Translations under genes and position numbers: made by a program
The notes under the pieces: generated by a model
What the model saw: only the letters and a program-made list of their open reading frames with translations
Told to the model about the DNA's origin: nothing
The model's database searches: none
In this document: positions 55,241 through 63,221 of the stretch, in pieces
How the letters are laid out: each line of letters begins with the position of its first letter
Position numbering within the stretch: position 1 is the first letter of the stretch
DNA from: Nannocystales bacterium
Lineage (GTDB): Bacteria; Myxococcota_A; Polyangia; Nannocystales; Nannocystaceae
DNA length: 63,221 nt
Assembly (NCBI GenBank): GCA_050633305.1
Contig: JBOEGF010000011.1
Span: 1-63,221 of the forward strand
Reading direction: 5' to 3'

Positions 55241-56383
55241 TCAGTCCGTCTGCCGGTCCAGCCCCAGCGCATCCAGAGTGAGCCGGGTGACGGTGCGGTG
55301 GGACAGGTCGGTCAGCGCGGGGAGAATCTTGGTATCGGCGGCGCTGCGGCGCTGCTCAGCCTCGTGTCGCCAGTCGGTCAGGGCGTAGGCGAGCACCCCT
55401 TGGCCCTCTTCGCGCAAGGTCACCTCATGGTGGCTGAGGCGTTCGATTAAGAGGTCCAGGTCGCGCGAGGCCCCAACGGTTCGTTGCGCACGCTTGAGGA
55501 GTCGACCGGCGCCGGGCCCGTGTTGCATTGCCGGCTTCACCCACCCGTGGGCGTAGCGCAGCCTCTTTGCGAGGATCCGGACCTCGTGGACCGCCTCGCG
55601 GTCTTCGAGGGTCGTCGGGACGGGTGTTTGCTTGAATGCGCTGGCCGACACCGTGCCGAGCACGGTCGCGATGTCCGCCCGGATGTCGGGCGTGCCCGTG
55701 AGGCGCTCGACGACGCGGCGCCTTGCGTCTGCAATGTCGCGTTGGAAGGCGCCGACGTCGGTGTCGCGCAACGCTCGAGCCGCACGCTTGCGGGTCCTAC
55801 CCAGGCGCTTTCCCAGCCGTGCTGCGATCTGCTCGGCGGCGGCGCGGCGCAGCGGGTCGGCTTGCTGCGTCGCGCCGCTCAACTCGGTGAGGACGACATC
55901 GAGGTCGCGAAGGGGGCCAAGAGCGCCGGTGATCTCTTTGAGCTGCTTCTCGAGTCTGCGCTGCAGCTTCTTTCCCTGCCACGGTCCGAACAGCGCCACG
56001 AAGCTTCGCAACCGCCGCGATCCCACCCGCATCAGGCGAACGGCCTGTGGATCGTGGGCGGCGGGGCTCAACCCATCGGCGAGCATCGCGGCGACTTGGG
56101 TCTCGACGCCCGTCGAGACGTGACGAGCGAGGGCCCATCCGAGATCCTCGGGTGCGACGGTCTTGCGCTTGACCGGCTTGACCGGCTTGACCGGCTTGGC
56201 CGGCGACACCTGCAGCTCGGAGCGCGGACTTGGGGCGGCAGGGAGCGCCGGGCGCAGCGTCTCAGCGATCCTTCCCGCGCCCACGGTGACCCGGTCGAGC
56301 ATGTCGATCGCGACCCGCCGGGCCAATGCGCGAGTCGTGGGAGGGGTCACTCGACGGACCCAAGTTCGCAGACGGTTCGCCAT
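55241..56383 (-). CDS. CHAD-domain protein (putative polyphosphate binding)
   Basis: MRV..RRLRS, LG.LRDLDV, HEVRI.AKRLRY, Q...G..RD. Confidence 0.88.
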   Translation of the reverse strand: MANRLRTWVRRVTPPTTRALARRVAIDMLDRVTVGAGRIAETLRPALPAAPSPRSELQVSPAKPVKPVKPVKRKTVAPEDLGWALARHVSTGVETQVAAMLADGLSPAAHDPQAVRLMRVGSRRLRSFVALFGPWQGKKLQRRLEKQLKEITGALGPLRDLDVVLTELSGATQQADPLRRAAAEQIAARLGKRLGRTRKRAARALRDTDVGAFQRDIADARRRVVERLTGTPDIRADIATVLGTVSASAFKQTPVPTTLEDREAVHEVRILAKRLRYAHGWVKPAMQHGPGAGRLLKRAQRTVGASRDLDLLIERLSHHEVTLREEGQGVLAYALTDWRHEAEQRRSAADTKILPALTDLSHRTVTRLTLDALGLDRQTD

Positions 56384-56451
56384 GCGTGGGTCGCGAGCGT
56401 ACCCCACCACGGACGTTGCCCGGCTTCGGCCTCCCGGTTTATACAGAGGGC

Positions 56452-56667
56452 ATGCGCAGCTCGTCGCTCTTGCTGGCCTTTGGGTGCGTGCTCGGTGCGT
56501 GTGCAACCGTTCCGCAGAACCGTCGGGAGGCTCTGGCCGACCCGACGATGGCGGTCGTCGACGACCCCCTGGAGGCCCGGGCAAGCCGAAAGCTGCACTC
56601 CTCTCGCGAGGGCGCGGCCGGTGGCGATGCGCAGGCGGCAGGCGGTGGTTGTGCCTGTGGCAACTGA
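56452..56667 (+). CDS. DUF4266 lipoprotein
   Basis: Lipobox LGA-C, R..LA.P.M, REGA.GG, terminal GGGCACGN. Confidence 0.88.
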   Translation: MRSSSLLLAFGCVLGACATVPQNRREALADPTMAVVDDPLEARASRKLHSSREGAAGGDAQAAGGGCACGN

Positions 56668-57940
56668 ACTCGGCATCTTCGGTCTGGCTCTCGCGCTGGT
56701 GTGGGCCCCGGCCCCGCAGCCAACCGCCACGCCTCCCTCGAATCCGCCGGCGTCCGAAGATGCTGCCGCCGTGGATGCTGCGATCCTCGGGGAGAGCGAG
56801 GAGGCGCCGAAGCGGGCCACCGTCGAGCAGGTCCGAGCCAAGCTCACCTTCTACGACCAGTACGGCCGGGGGTATCAGTCCAAGGCGGGTCCGCCAGAGG
56901 GTCCGGGATCGGAGCGACTCCAGGTTGTGCAGCCCGCTGCATCCCTGACGATTCGGCAGCGCAACCAGGCGATCTCGCACACGCTGACCACCGTCTTCGA
57001 CGTTGTCTCGGCCGCGTCTCCGGATGCGCTGGACGCCGTGTCCCAGGCCTCTCGCTACAACGAGGCCGGCACGCTCGACGTCACCACGGCCATCGACACC
57101 AGCGATCGCGACACGCTCTCGTTCCGCTACGGCGTGCATGTCGAGGAGCACTGGCGGACAGGCTTCGGCGGGATCGGCTACTCCGGGTCGTTCAACGAGG
57201 AGAACACGGTCGTTTCGACGTCGGTCAACGTCATCGTGGACTACTTCGACGACCTGCATCCACGCGGGTGGAACGATGAGCAGACCTACCGCTTCTCCCT
57301 CAACGACAATCTTTCGCTCGTTCAGGTGCTCTCGCCGACGACCATCGCCATGCTGTCGTACGGCATCACGTTCCAGCAGGGCACGCTCGAGAACGGCTGG
57401 AACTCGATCTACATCGCGGACGCGCCAACCTATGGATGCTTCGACTCGCCGGACCAGCGGGCGGAGTACGACTGCGAGAACCGTCGCCGGGAGAACCTCC
57501 CTCGAAAACGAATCCGGCACGCCGTTGCCGCGCAGTTGGCCCAGCACCTGCCGCGCTCTCGGACCACGCTCAAGGCCCGGTATCGCCACTACCGGGATGA
57601 CTTCAAGCTGCGCGCCCACACCCTCGACACCTGGGTCTACCAATGGATGGGGCGACGTGTGTATCTGCGCGCCGGGTATCGGTTCCATCGGCAGCAAGGG
57701 AACGACTTCTGGCGCCGCTCGGTGCTGCAGTCCACGCCGACCGACTCCTTCTTCACCGCGGACTCGGACCTCGCGCGCTTCGATGCGCATGAGCCAAGCA
57801 TCAAAGGGGTGGTCTATTTGCGGCCCCCGGAAGCCGCGTCGGGCGGCGCCTCGTCCTTCGACCTCGGTTTCTCGCGGTACATCCGGACCAACGACCTTCA
57901 CGCCAATGTGTTTTCGCTCGGCTATGCGCAGACTTTCTAG
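56657..57940 (+). CDS. DUF3570 outer-membrane protein
   Basis: DVVSAAS, QVLSPTT, E.LP..R.R, YR.Y.D, R.H.Q, T.D.DL; terminal Phe; overlaps DUF4266. Confidence 0.82.
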   Translation: MATELGIFGLALALVWAPAPQPTATPPSNPPASEDAAAVDAAILGESEEAPKRATVEQVRAKLTFYDQYGRGYQSKAGPPEGPGSERLQVVQPAASLTIRQRNQAISHTLTTVFDVVSAASPDALDAVSQASRYNEAGTLDVTTAIDTSDRDTLSFRYGVHVEEHWRTGFGGIGYSGSFNEENTVVSTSVNVIVDYFDDLHPRGWNDEQTYRFSLNDNLSLVQVLSPTTIAMLSYGITFQQGTLENGWNSIYIADAPTYGCFDSPDQRAEYDCENRRRENLPRKRIRHAVAAQLAQHLPRSRTTLKARYRHYRDDFKLRAHTLDTWVYQWMGRRVYLRAGYRFHRQQGNDFWRRSVLQSTPTDSFFTADSDLARFDAHEPSIKGVVYLRPPEAASGGASSFDLGFSRYIRTNDLHANVFSLGYAQTF

Positions 57941-58451
57941 GGCCCTTCCGTTCTCCTTGCTTGTGCTCGGGTGTGCTCCGCAGAGCGCTGCGCTCGCACC
58001 ACAACCGCATCCCGGGCACGGTGCCGATCCGGTGGCCGCGGTACCGCTCCCCTCGCTCGCCCCAGTCGTACCGCTCAACCAAGGCGAACCCAGTCTTCAA
58101 GCGACGGTGGAGGGCAAGGTCGCGATCATCGACCTGTGGGCGACGTGGTGCGAGCCCTGCCGCGAGTCGATGCCCAAGGTTGCTCGGCTCGCCCAAGCCT
58201 ATGCCGACTCCGACCTCGTCGTCGCGGGCATCCACGTCGGGCCTTCCGCCGAAGGGGCTGTTCGCTTTGCCGCGGAGGCGGGCATCGAGTACCCGATGCA
58301 CATCGACCCCGACTTCACGTTTACCGACGCGGTTGGGTCGCGCTCAGTTCCACTGCTGTTGGTCGTGGACCGCGACGGGAAGGTTGTGCATCGCACCCAT
58401 GAACTCGACCACGAGACACTCGAACTCGTCCGTGGGCTGATGGAGGGCTGA
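57924..58451 (+). CDS. TlpA-family thioredoxin lipoprotein
   Basis: Lipobox VLG-C, DLWATWCEPC, cis-Pro VP, VDRDG. Confidence 0.92.
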   Translation: MRRLSRALPFSLLVLGCAPQSAALAPQPHPGHGADPVAAVPLPSLAPVVPLNQGEPSLQATVEGKVAIIDLWATWCEPCRESMPKVARLAQAYADSDLVVAGIHVGPSAEGAVRFAAEAGIEYPMHIDPDFTFTDAVGSRSVPLLLVVDRDGKVVHRTHELDHETLELVRGLMEG

Positions 58452-58673
58452 CGAACGGACTGCTGACGAGCTGTTCGCCGCCGTGCGGGGGCGAGCGTCG
58501 GACGTCCACGGGATGTCCGACGCTGACGGCCGTGAAACTGCGCTTACACCAAGCATTGTGACGTCGCGGGGGAGGTTCGGCCTGGACTCTGAAACACGCC
58601 CAACCTCCGACTCGGCGCACGACCGGACGGCGCGCCGGGGCTCGTGCAACGGCCCGCGTGTTAGAAGCAGGGC

Positions 58674-59891
58674 ATGACGCGTTCGTCCAAAGGGATCTTT
58701 CCGCGTTGGGTGGTGGTGTTGTTCGTGGCGGCCCTCGTCGGGCTGCTGATGTGGGCGCTGCGGGGCGTCCTCACCCCCGTCTTCTTCGCCTTTCTCATCG
58801 CGTACATGCTCGACCCGGTCGTCGACAGGTTCGAGGCTCGCAAGATCCCACGAAGTGTGGGCATCGCGGTCCTCCTCACTGGTGTCCTGGGTGCGTTGGG
58901 GTTGTTCCTGCTGCTGGCCGTTCCCAGCATCGTGCGCGATGCGGCGGACTTCATGCGTGACCTGCCCGGACAGATTTCGGCGTTGGAGGCTCGTGTTCAG
59001 CCGTGGCTCTCTCAGTACGGGGTCGAGCTCCCCACATCGCTGAGCGAGGCGGTGGGGACCCTGACCGCCGCGGGTTCGGACTCGCCGGGGAGTTCCTCCG
59101 ACCAGTTGGCCAAGGCGGCCGAGCCAGTCATGGCGGTTCTTCGCTGGCTGTGGGGCGGTACGGCGACGCTGCTCGGGGCGGCCGCGTCGTTGCTCATTGT
59201 CCCGGTCTTCGCCGCGTACCTGCTGCACGACTTCGACCGCATGACGGCCGGGATCGCCGGGTTGATTCCCCCGAAGTGGCGGCCGTTCATCGTCGACATT
59301 GCCAAGGAGGTCGATACCGTGCTCGGTGAGTTCATTCGAGGTCAGCTGATCGTCATGCTGATCCTCGCCTTCGCCTACTCGGTCGCATACGGCCTCCTCG
59401 GCGTCCGACTCGCAATCCTCATCGGCGTCGTTGCGGGCATGCTGTCGTTCATCCCGTACGTCGGCGGCGCGGTCGCGCTGGGCCTCGCGGTGGTCATGTG
59501 TCTGATCGACTGGAGTGGTTGGGGACAGCTGCTTGGGGTCGTCGGCGCGTACGCGGTGATCCAGGTGCTGGAGGGGTTCGTCATCACACCCAAGGTCGTC
59601 GGCGACAAAGTGGGCCTTTCGGCGATCTGGGTGCTGTTCGCGCTGATGGTCGGCGGCGAGTTGTTCGGCTTCCTCGGGGTGTTGCTCGCGTTGCCGGCGG
59701 CGGCGGTCGTGAAGATCTTCGTGGTGCGTGGACTCGCCTGGTATCGGGAGTCGGAGTTCTTTGTCGATGGGCCCGAGCCTCCGAGCACCGGTGCTCTGTC
59801 CGCGTTTATCGGGGCTGAAGGCCTCCCGGACGACGAGGAGATGGCGGCGCTGAAGGCGGCGGCACGCACGCACCCGCCGACCGATGAATGA
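58674..59891 (+). CDS. AI-2E family transporter
   Basis: PVFFAFLIAYMLDP, FIRGQL, FIPYVG, Q.LEG..I.PK.VG, G.LLALP. Confidence 0.93.
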   Translation: MTRSSKGIFPRWVVVLFVAALVGLLMWALRGVLTPVFFAFLIAYMLDPVVDRFEARKIPRSVGIAVLLTGVLGALGLFLLLAVPSIVRDAADFMRDLPGQISALEARVQPWLSQYGVELPTSLSEAVGTLTAAGSDSPGSSSDQLAKAAEPVMAVLRWLWGGTATLLGAAASLLIVPVFAAYLLHDFDRMTAGIAGLIPPKWRPFIVDIAKEVDTVLGEFIRGQLIVMLILAFAYSVAYGLLGVRLAILIGVVAGMLSFIPYVGGAVALGLAVVMCLIDWSGWGQLLGVVGAYAVIQVLEGFVITPKVVGDKVGLSAIWVLFALMVGGELFGFLGVLLALPAAAVVKIFVVRGLAWYRESEFFVDGPEPPSTGALSAFIGAEGLPDDEEMAALKAAARTHPPTDE

Positions 59892-59931
59892 ACGTGTGTA
59901 AGGTCCTGCAAGGGGACCCGTTGGGCTATTC

Positions 59932-60324
59932 GTGGAGAACAACGCGAGCATGGAAGCCCTGGACCGCAGCACGCACCGTCTCTTCTTGCATGACGGCGGT
60001 CGCACGCTCTGCATCCCGGTCGACGAGATCGAATGGGTTGCCGCAGCGGGGAACTACATTGAGATCCACACCGGGCGGAAGACCCACCTGGTGCGGCACA
60101 CGGTCAAGGCGATGGAGGCCAAGCTGAACCCGGACAAGTTCCTCCGGGTCCGCCCCTCGGCCATCGTGGCCGTCTCCGAGGTCGATGCGCTGGAAGGTCG
60201 CGCCGGCGGCGACTACTTGGTCAAGCTCCGCAACGGGACGCAGATCCCCTCCAGCCGGAGCTACCGCGATCGCATCGAGCAGGTCTTCGGCAAGCCCTCT
60301 CGTCGTCGTCGCACCGACGCGTAG
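59932..60324 (+). CDS. Stand-alone LytTR DNA-binding protein
   Basis: I.W..AAGNY..IH, L.P..F.RV..S.IV, SRSYR; no receiver domain. Confidence 0.88.
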   Translation: MENNASMEALDRSTHRLFLHDGGRTLCIPVDEIEWVAAAGNYIEIHTGRKTHLVRHTVKAMEAKLNPDKFLRVRPSAIVAVSEVDALEGRAGGDYLVKLRNGTQIPSSRSYRDRIEQVFGKPSRRRRTDA

Positions 60325-60340
60325 AGAGGGGCCAGAACGC

Positions 60341-60373
60341 AAAAACGCCCCGGCGGGCAAGCCCGCGGGGCGC
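60341..60373 (-). terminator. Intrinsic terminator between convergent genes
   Basis: Minus strand GCGCCCCGCGGGC-TT-GCCCGCCGGGGCG-TTTTT. Confidence 0.75.
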
Positions 60374-60395
60374 ATGTTGTCGTCCGTGGTGCGGA

Positions 60396-61298
60396 CTACT
60401 TCTTGCCCTTGGCCGCGGCGGGAAGGGAGATTTTCCCCTTCTCGATCTTCGCGTTGGGCTTGAACTCCACCATCGTACCCACGATCTCGGTCGCGGCCAT
60501 CTGCATCGTGGACTTGGTCGAGACCTTGAACCCGTCGAACTCCTTGTAGTCCTGTGCGAGCGCCTTGGTGGGGAACTTGCCCATGGGCGAGTCCTGCACG
60601 AAGCTCTGCTCGAGAAGGAGCTTGGACTCCTCGTCGAAGGTCATCACGGTCTCGTCGCCGTCGGTGGTCGTCAGGACCACGTCGATGGCGGGCTTGCCGT
60701 CGACCAAGCGGCGAGCCTTGGTCTCCGCTTTCGCGAAGTGGTCCTTCCAGGTGGCGGTGATGACAAGCTCGTTGGCACGCATCTGCTGCTCGGCTTCCTT
60801 GCCCTCGATCTTGCGCAGGCCGTTGATCGGGTCTTCCGACCACAGGTCCTCTCCGACCTTCCAGATCCGGGTCATCCCCATGCCGGGCATGCTGGCTTCG
60901 GAGTAGTAGTCCCCGTTGCTCCACCACAGCTTGTTGTTGATCTTGATGCCTTGGCCGACGACCTCCATGTCGTCTTCCCGGTAGAAGCTCTTGATCGTGT
61001 CGATCTTGGCCTTGCCGCCGACGGCGTCCACGTTGCTCGCGAACATGATCTCCGCGGTCGGCAGGTCCGTCTGTGCGACCTGAGGCTCCGCGTCCTGGCC
61101 CGCCGTTTCGGGGGCATCCGCCACCGGGGCGTCGACGTCTGCGGCTTCGGGGGCGGCCGCCGGGGCTGCCGGAGTCGCGTCGTCGGGACTGGCCGCCGGG
61201 GGGGGCTCGCAGCCCGCTGCGCCCGCGAACAGGGGCAGGGCGATCAGAAGGGACAGGGTGCTCTTGCGAATGGAGGTGGAGCGCATGATCGGGTTCAT
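60396..61298 (-). CDS. Lipoprotein, possible LolA-like open beta-sheet fold
   Basis: Lipobox AAG-C, A.GG, W..DP..G.R, DYKEFDG motifs; overlaps the S41 peptidase stop. Confidence 0.7.
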   Translation of the reverse strand: MNPIMRSTSIRKSTLSLLIALPLFAGAAGCEPPPAASPDDATPAAPAAAPEAADVDAPVADAPETAGQDAEPQVAQTDLPTAEIMFASNVDAVGGKAKIDTIKSFYREDDMEVVGQGIKINNKLWWSNGDYYSEASMPGMGMTRIWKVGEDLWSEDPINGLRKIEGKEAEQQMRANELVITATWKDHFAKAETKARRLVDGKPAIDVVLTTTDGDETVMTFDEESKLLLEQSFVQDSPMGKFPTKALAQDYKEFDGFKVSTKSTMQMAATEIVGTMVEFKPNAKIEKGKISLPAAAKGKK

Positions 61299-62704
61299 CC
61301 TTGGGTGGCTTGGCTGAGGGTCGCCACGGCTGCGTCGAAGACGGGGTCTTTCCCGGCTGCGAAGTCGGCGGCCGTCTCGGGCACGACGGTGTCGGGCTTG
61401 ACGCCGTTGCCTTCGACACTGACGCCCTTGGGGCTTTGGTAGTCGGCGACGACGTATTGAAGCATCGCGCCGCCGGGGAGTTCCTCGATGAACGAGGGGA
61501 GCGCCAAGCCGGGGGTTCGGGTTGCGCCATAGACCTTGACACGTCCGATGTCCTGCATCGACTGGGCGAAGATCTCCGAGGTACTGGCGGAGAGCTCATC
61601 GACGAGGACGATGACCTCGCCGGTGAAGGCGTCTGCGCTGCCGGTCACGTTGAAGTTCTGCTCGGTGTCCCGCATGTGCATCACGCCGAGGCTCTGGTCC
61701 TCGGTCAGCATCTGGCGGGCGAGGGGAACGACCATCATGCCGACACCGCCGGGGTTGCCCCGGACATCGATGATCAACGAGGTCATGCCCTTGGCGCGCA
61801 GATCCTCGAGCCCCGCTTCGATCTTGGGCATCAGCGGCACCAGCCAGATGTTGAAGCTGATGTAGCCGGTCTTGGTGCCCTCCAGCATCCGCAGGTCGAG
61901 CGTGGTTGGCTGCGTCAGGTTGCCGAAGGTGGTGGTCTCGAGTTCGGGCTCCTGGCAGGCCACGGTCGTGGTCTGCTCCTCGCCTCCTTCAGCGGGGACG
62001 AAGCGGACCTTCTTCGACGCGCCTGCCGGACAGGTGAGCCAGCGACCGACGAGCTGCCGGACCGCGAGGGCTTCGGCGATTTCGTTGTCGCTGTGTTCAG
62101 CCGCCGACTCGAGGGCTTCGGCGATGGTGGCATCGTCGACGGCGACCAGCGAGGCGCCCAGAGGCAGACCGCTGTCCAGGCCGTGCCGCTTGGCATTGAC
62201 GACGACCGCCTTGCCTTCGATCAATCGGACCGACGCGGGAATGAGCGCGTCTCCGGCCACGGTGCCCGAACGGGTTTCCCCGCGAGTCTTGGCACCCGGT
62301 GGGACGATGGCGAGGTGGCTTTGCTCGAGCTCGCCGAGCATGCCGTTGATGAGGGCGTAGGCCTTGGACTCGTCGCTCGCCTTCGCGACCCGGTCGCCGT
62401 ACCAGGACCGAATCGCAACCCAGTCATTGCAGCCCAGCGTGGGGTCGTAGTGCTTGGCGAGCAGCGTGCTCCAAGCCGACTCGAACGTGGCGGTGTAGTC
62501 GCTCGCGGGCAGGGGGGGGAGCGATGCGGGATCGAGGCCCGACCAATCTCGGCACTCGCCGCTCTTGAAGTTGGGCTTGGCAGCGTCATCGCTGGCGCTT
62601 GCGGTCGCGTCCGTGCCCCCAGGAGGCTGCGTGGCGCCGTCCTTGGTGCAGGCGCCGGCCAGGAGGGCGGTGGCGAACAGGCAGGTCAAAGCTTGGCGAG
62701 GCAT
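61295..62704 (-). CDS. S41-family peptidase lipoprotein with PDZ-like domain
   Basis: Lipobox LAGA-C, SH, IID.RGNPGG, SASTSEIF, EG.GV.PD. Confidence 0.9.
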   Translation of the reverse strand: MPRQALTCLFATALLAGACTKDGATQPPGGTDATASASDDAAKPNFKSGECRDWSGLDPASLPPLPASDYTATFESAWSTLLAKHYDPTLGCNDWVAIRSWYGDRVAKASDESKAYALINGMLGELEQSHLAIVPPGAKTRGETRSGTVAGDALIPASVRLIEGKAVVVNAKRHGLDSGLPLGASLVAVDDATIAEALESAAEHSDNEIAEALAVRQLVGRWLTCPAGASKKVRFVPAEGGEEQTTTVACQEPELETTTFGNLTQPTTLDLRMLEGTKTGYISFNIWLVPLMPKIEAGLEDLRAKGMTSLIIDVRGNPGGVGMMVVPLARQMLTEDQSLGVMHMRDTEQNFNVTGSADAFTGEVIVLVDELSASTSEIFAQSMQDIGRVKVYGATRTPGLALPSFIEELPGGAMLQYVVADYQSPKGVSVEGNGVKPDTVVPETAADFAAGKDPVFDAAVATLSQATQG

Positions 62705-62802
62705 GGTGCAGCCTCGGCTTGTAGCAGGAGGCTGCATCGGCCGCGAATGCGGAATCTCCCGCTGCGGCGCAACCAAGCCGCGAAACACGTATCCTCGGGC
62801 GC

Positions 62803-63159
62803 ATGATCGAGCGTACGGTCCTGATCCGTCTCAAGCCCGAGATCCGGTCGGAAGCCTCGACCGTAGCCACCCATACCCAAGAGGTCCTCGGCGAAGCCGT
62901 GGGCGTCCTGAGCGTGCATACCGCGGTTGCCGCCGATGCGCGGACGCAACAGGTCTGGGACGTGATGCTCTCGCTTCGGTTTGAGAGCCTCGACGCGGTC
63001 GAACGCTATCGAGCGGACCCTCGGCACCGCAAGTACCTCGAGGTCTACCTACGCCCGTTGTTGGAGAGCATTCGCGCGTTCAACTGGGAACGGACGGAGG
63101 GCTCGCCGCACCGGGCATCGGACGACGAGTCTCAGAATCGTTCGTCGACCGCGACGTAG
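62803..63159 (+). CDS. Dabb-family (stress-responsive alpha/beta barrel) protein
   Basis: MI.R.VL..LK, F.S...Y..P.H pattern. Confidence 0.8.
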   Translation: MIERTVLIRLKPEIRSEASTVATHTQEVLGEAVGVLSVHTAVAADARTQQVWDVMLSLRFESLDAVERYRADPRHRKYLEVYLRPLLESIRAFNWERTEGSPHRASDDESQNRSSTAT

Positions 63160-63221
63160 GCCATCGCGATCAGCATGGCGCAACACAGGAGCGCCAGCGC
63201 GATGGTGGTGGGGGTGAGCAG
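63132..63221 (-). CDS. 3' end of a membrane protein gene (runs off the window)
   Basis: Open frame LLTPTTIALALLCCAMLIAMAYVAVDERF*. Confidence 0.45.
   Translation of the reverse strand: MLTPTTIALALLCCAMLIAMAYVAVDERF

Noticed and set aside
55241..58078. 945-aa minus ORF and 818-aa plus ORF (55484..57940) that look like large fusions
   Set aside because: Each is a real gene (CHAD or DUF3570) extended through the antisense frame of its divergent neighbour

Overview
High-GC (about 67-69% by eye) bacterial chromosome segment, most likely from a myxobacterium (Myxococcota, Nannocystaceae-like). The assignment rests on the Cys-rich lipoproteins, the giant TPR protein, the STK-TPR/ECF pair and the FHA-sigma54 activator. 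About 50 genes. Housekeeping: mdh-sucCD, cpoB-lysM-dprA, speE. Main clusters: (i) a cobalamin riboswitch controlling a lipoprotein of unknown family, divergent from a Fur-box-preceded operon DUF4856 - imelysin - sterol-desaturase-family - exbB - exbD - tonB - cytochrome c that has no TonB-dependent receptor; (ii) an NHEJ locus with ligD and ku head-to-head, flanked by an alpha/beta hydrolase and a MerR-HTH/TPR gene; (iii) a DUF4266-DUF3570-TlpA operon without apbE; (iv) several signalling genes, including a membrane protein with a degenerate TIR-like domain. Also seen: a collapsed PAS-GAF-GGDEF pseudogene and a recurring TANNNT-N7/8-start signature that suggests leaderless mRNAs. No rRNA, tRNA, CRISPR array, transposase or phage genes were recognised. 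All family calls come from motif recognition by eye, not from database searches.
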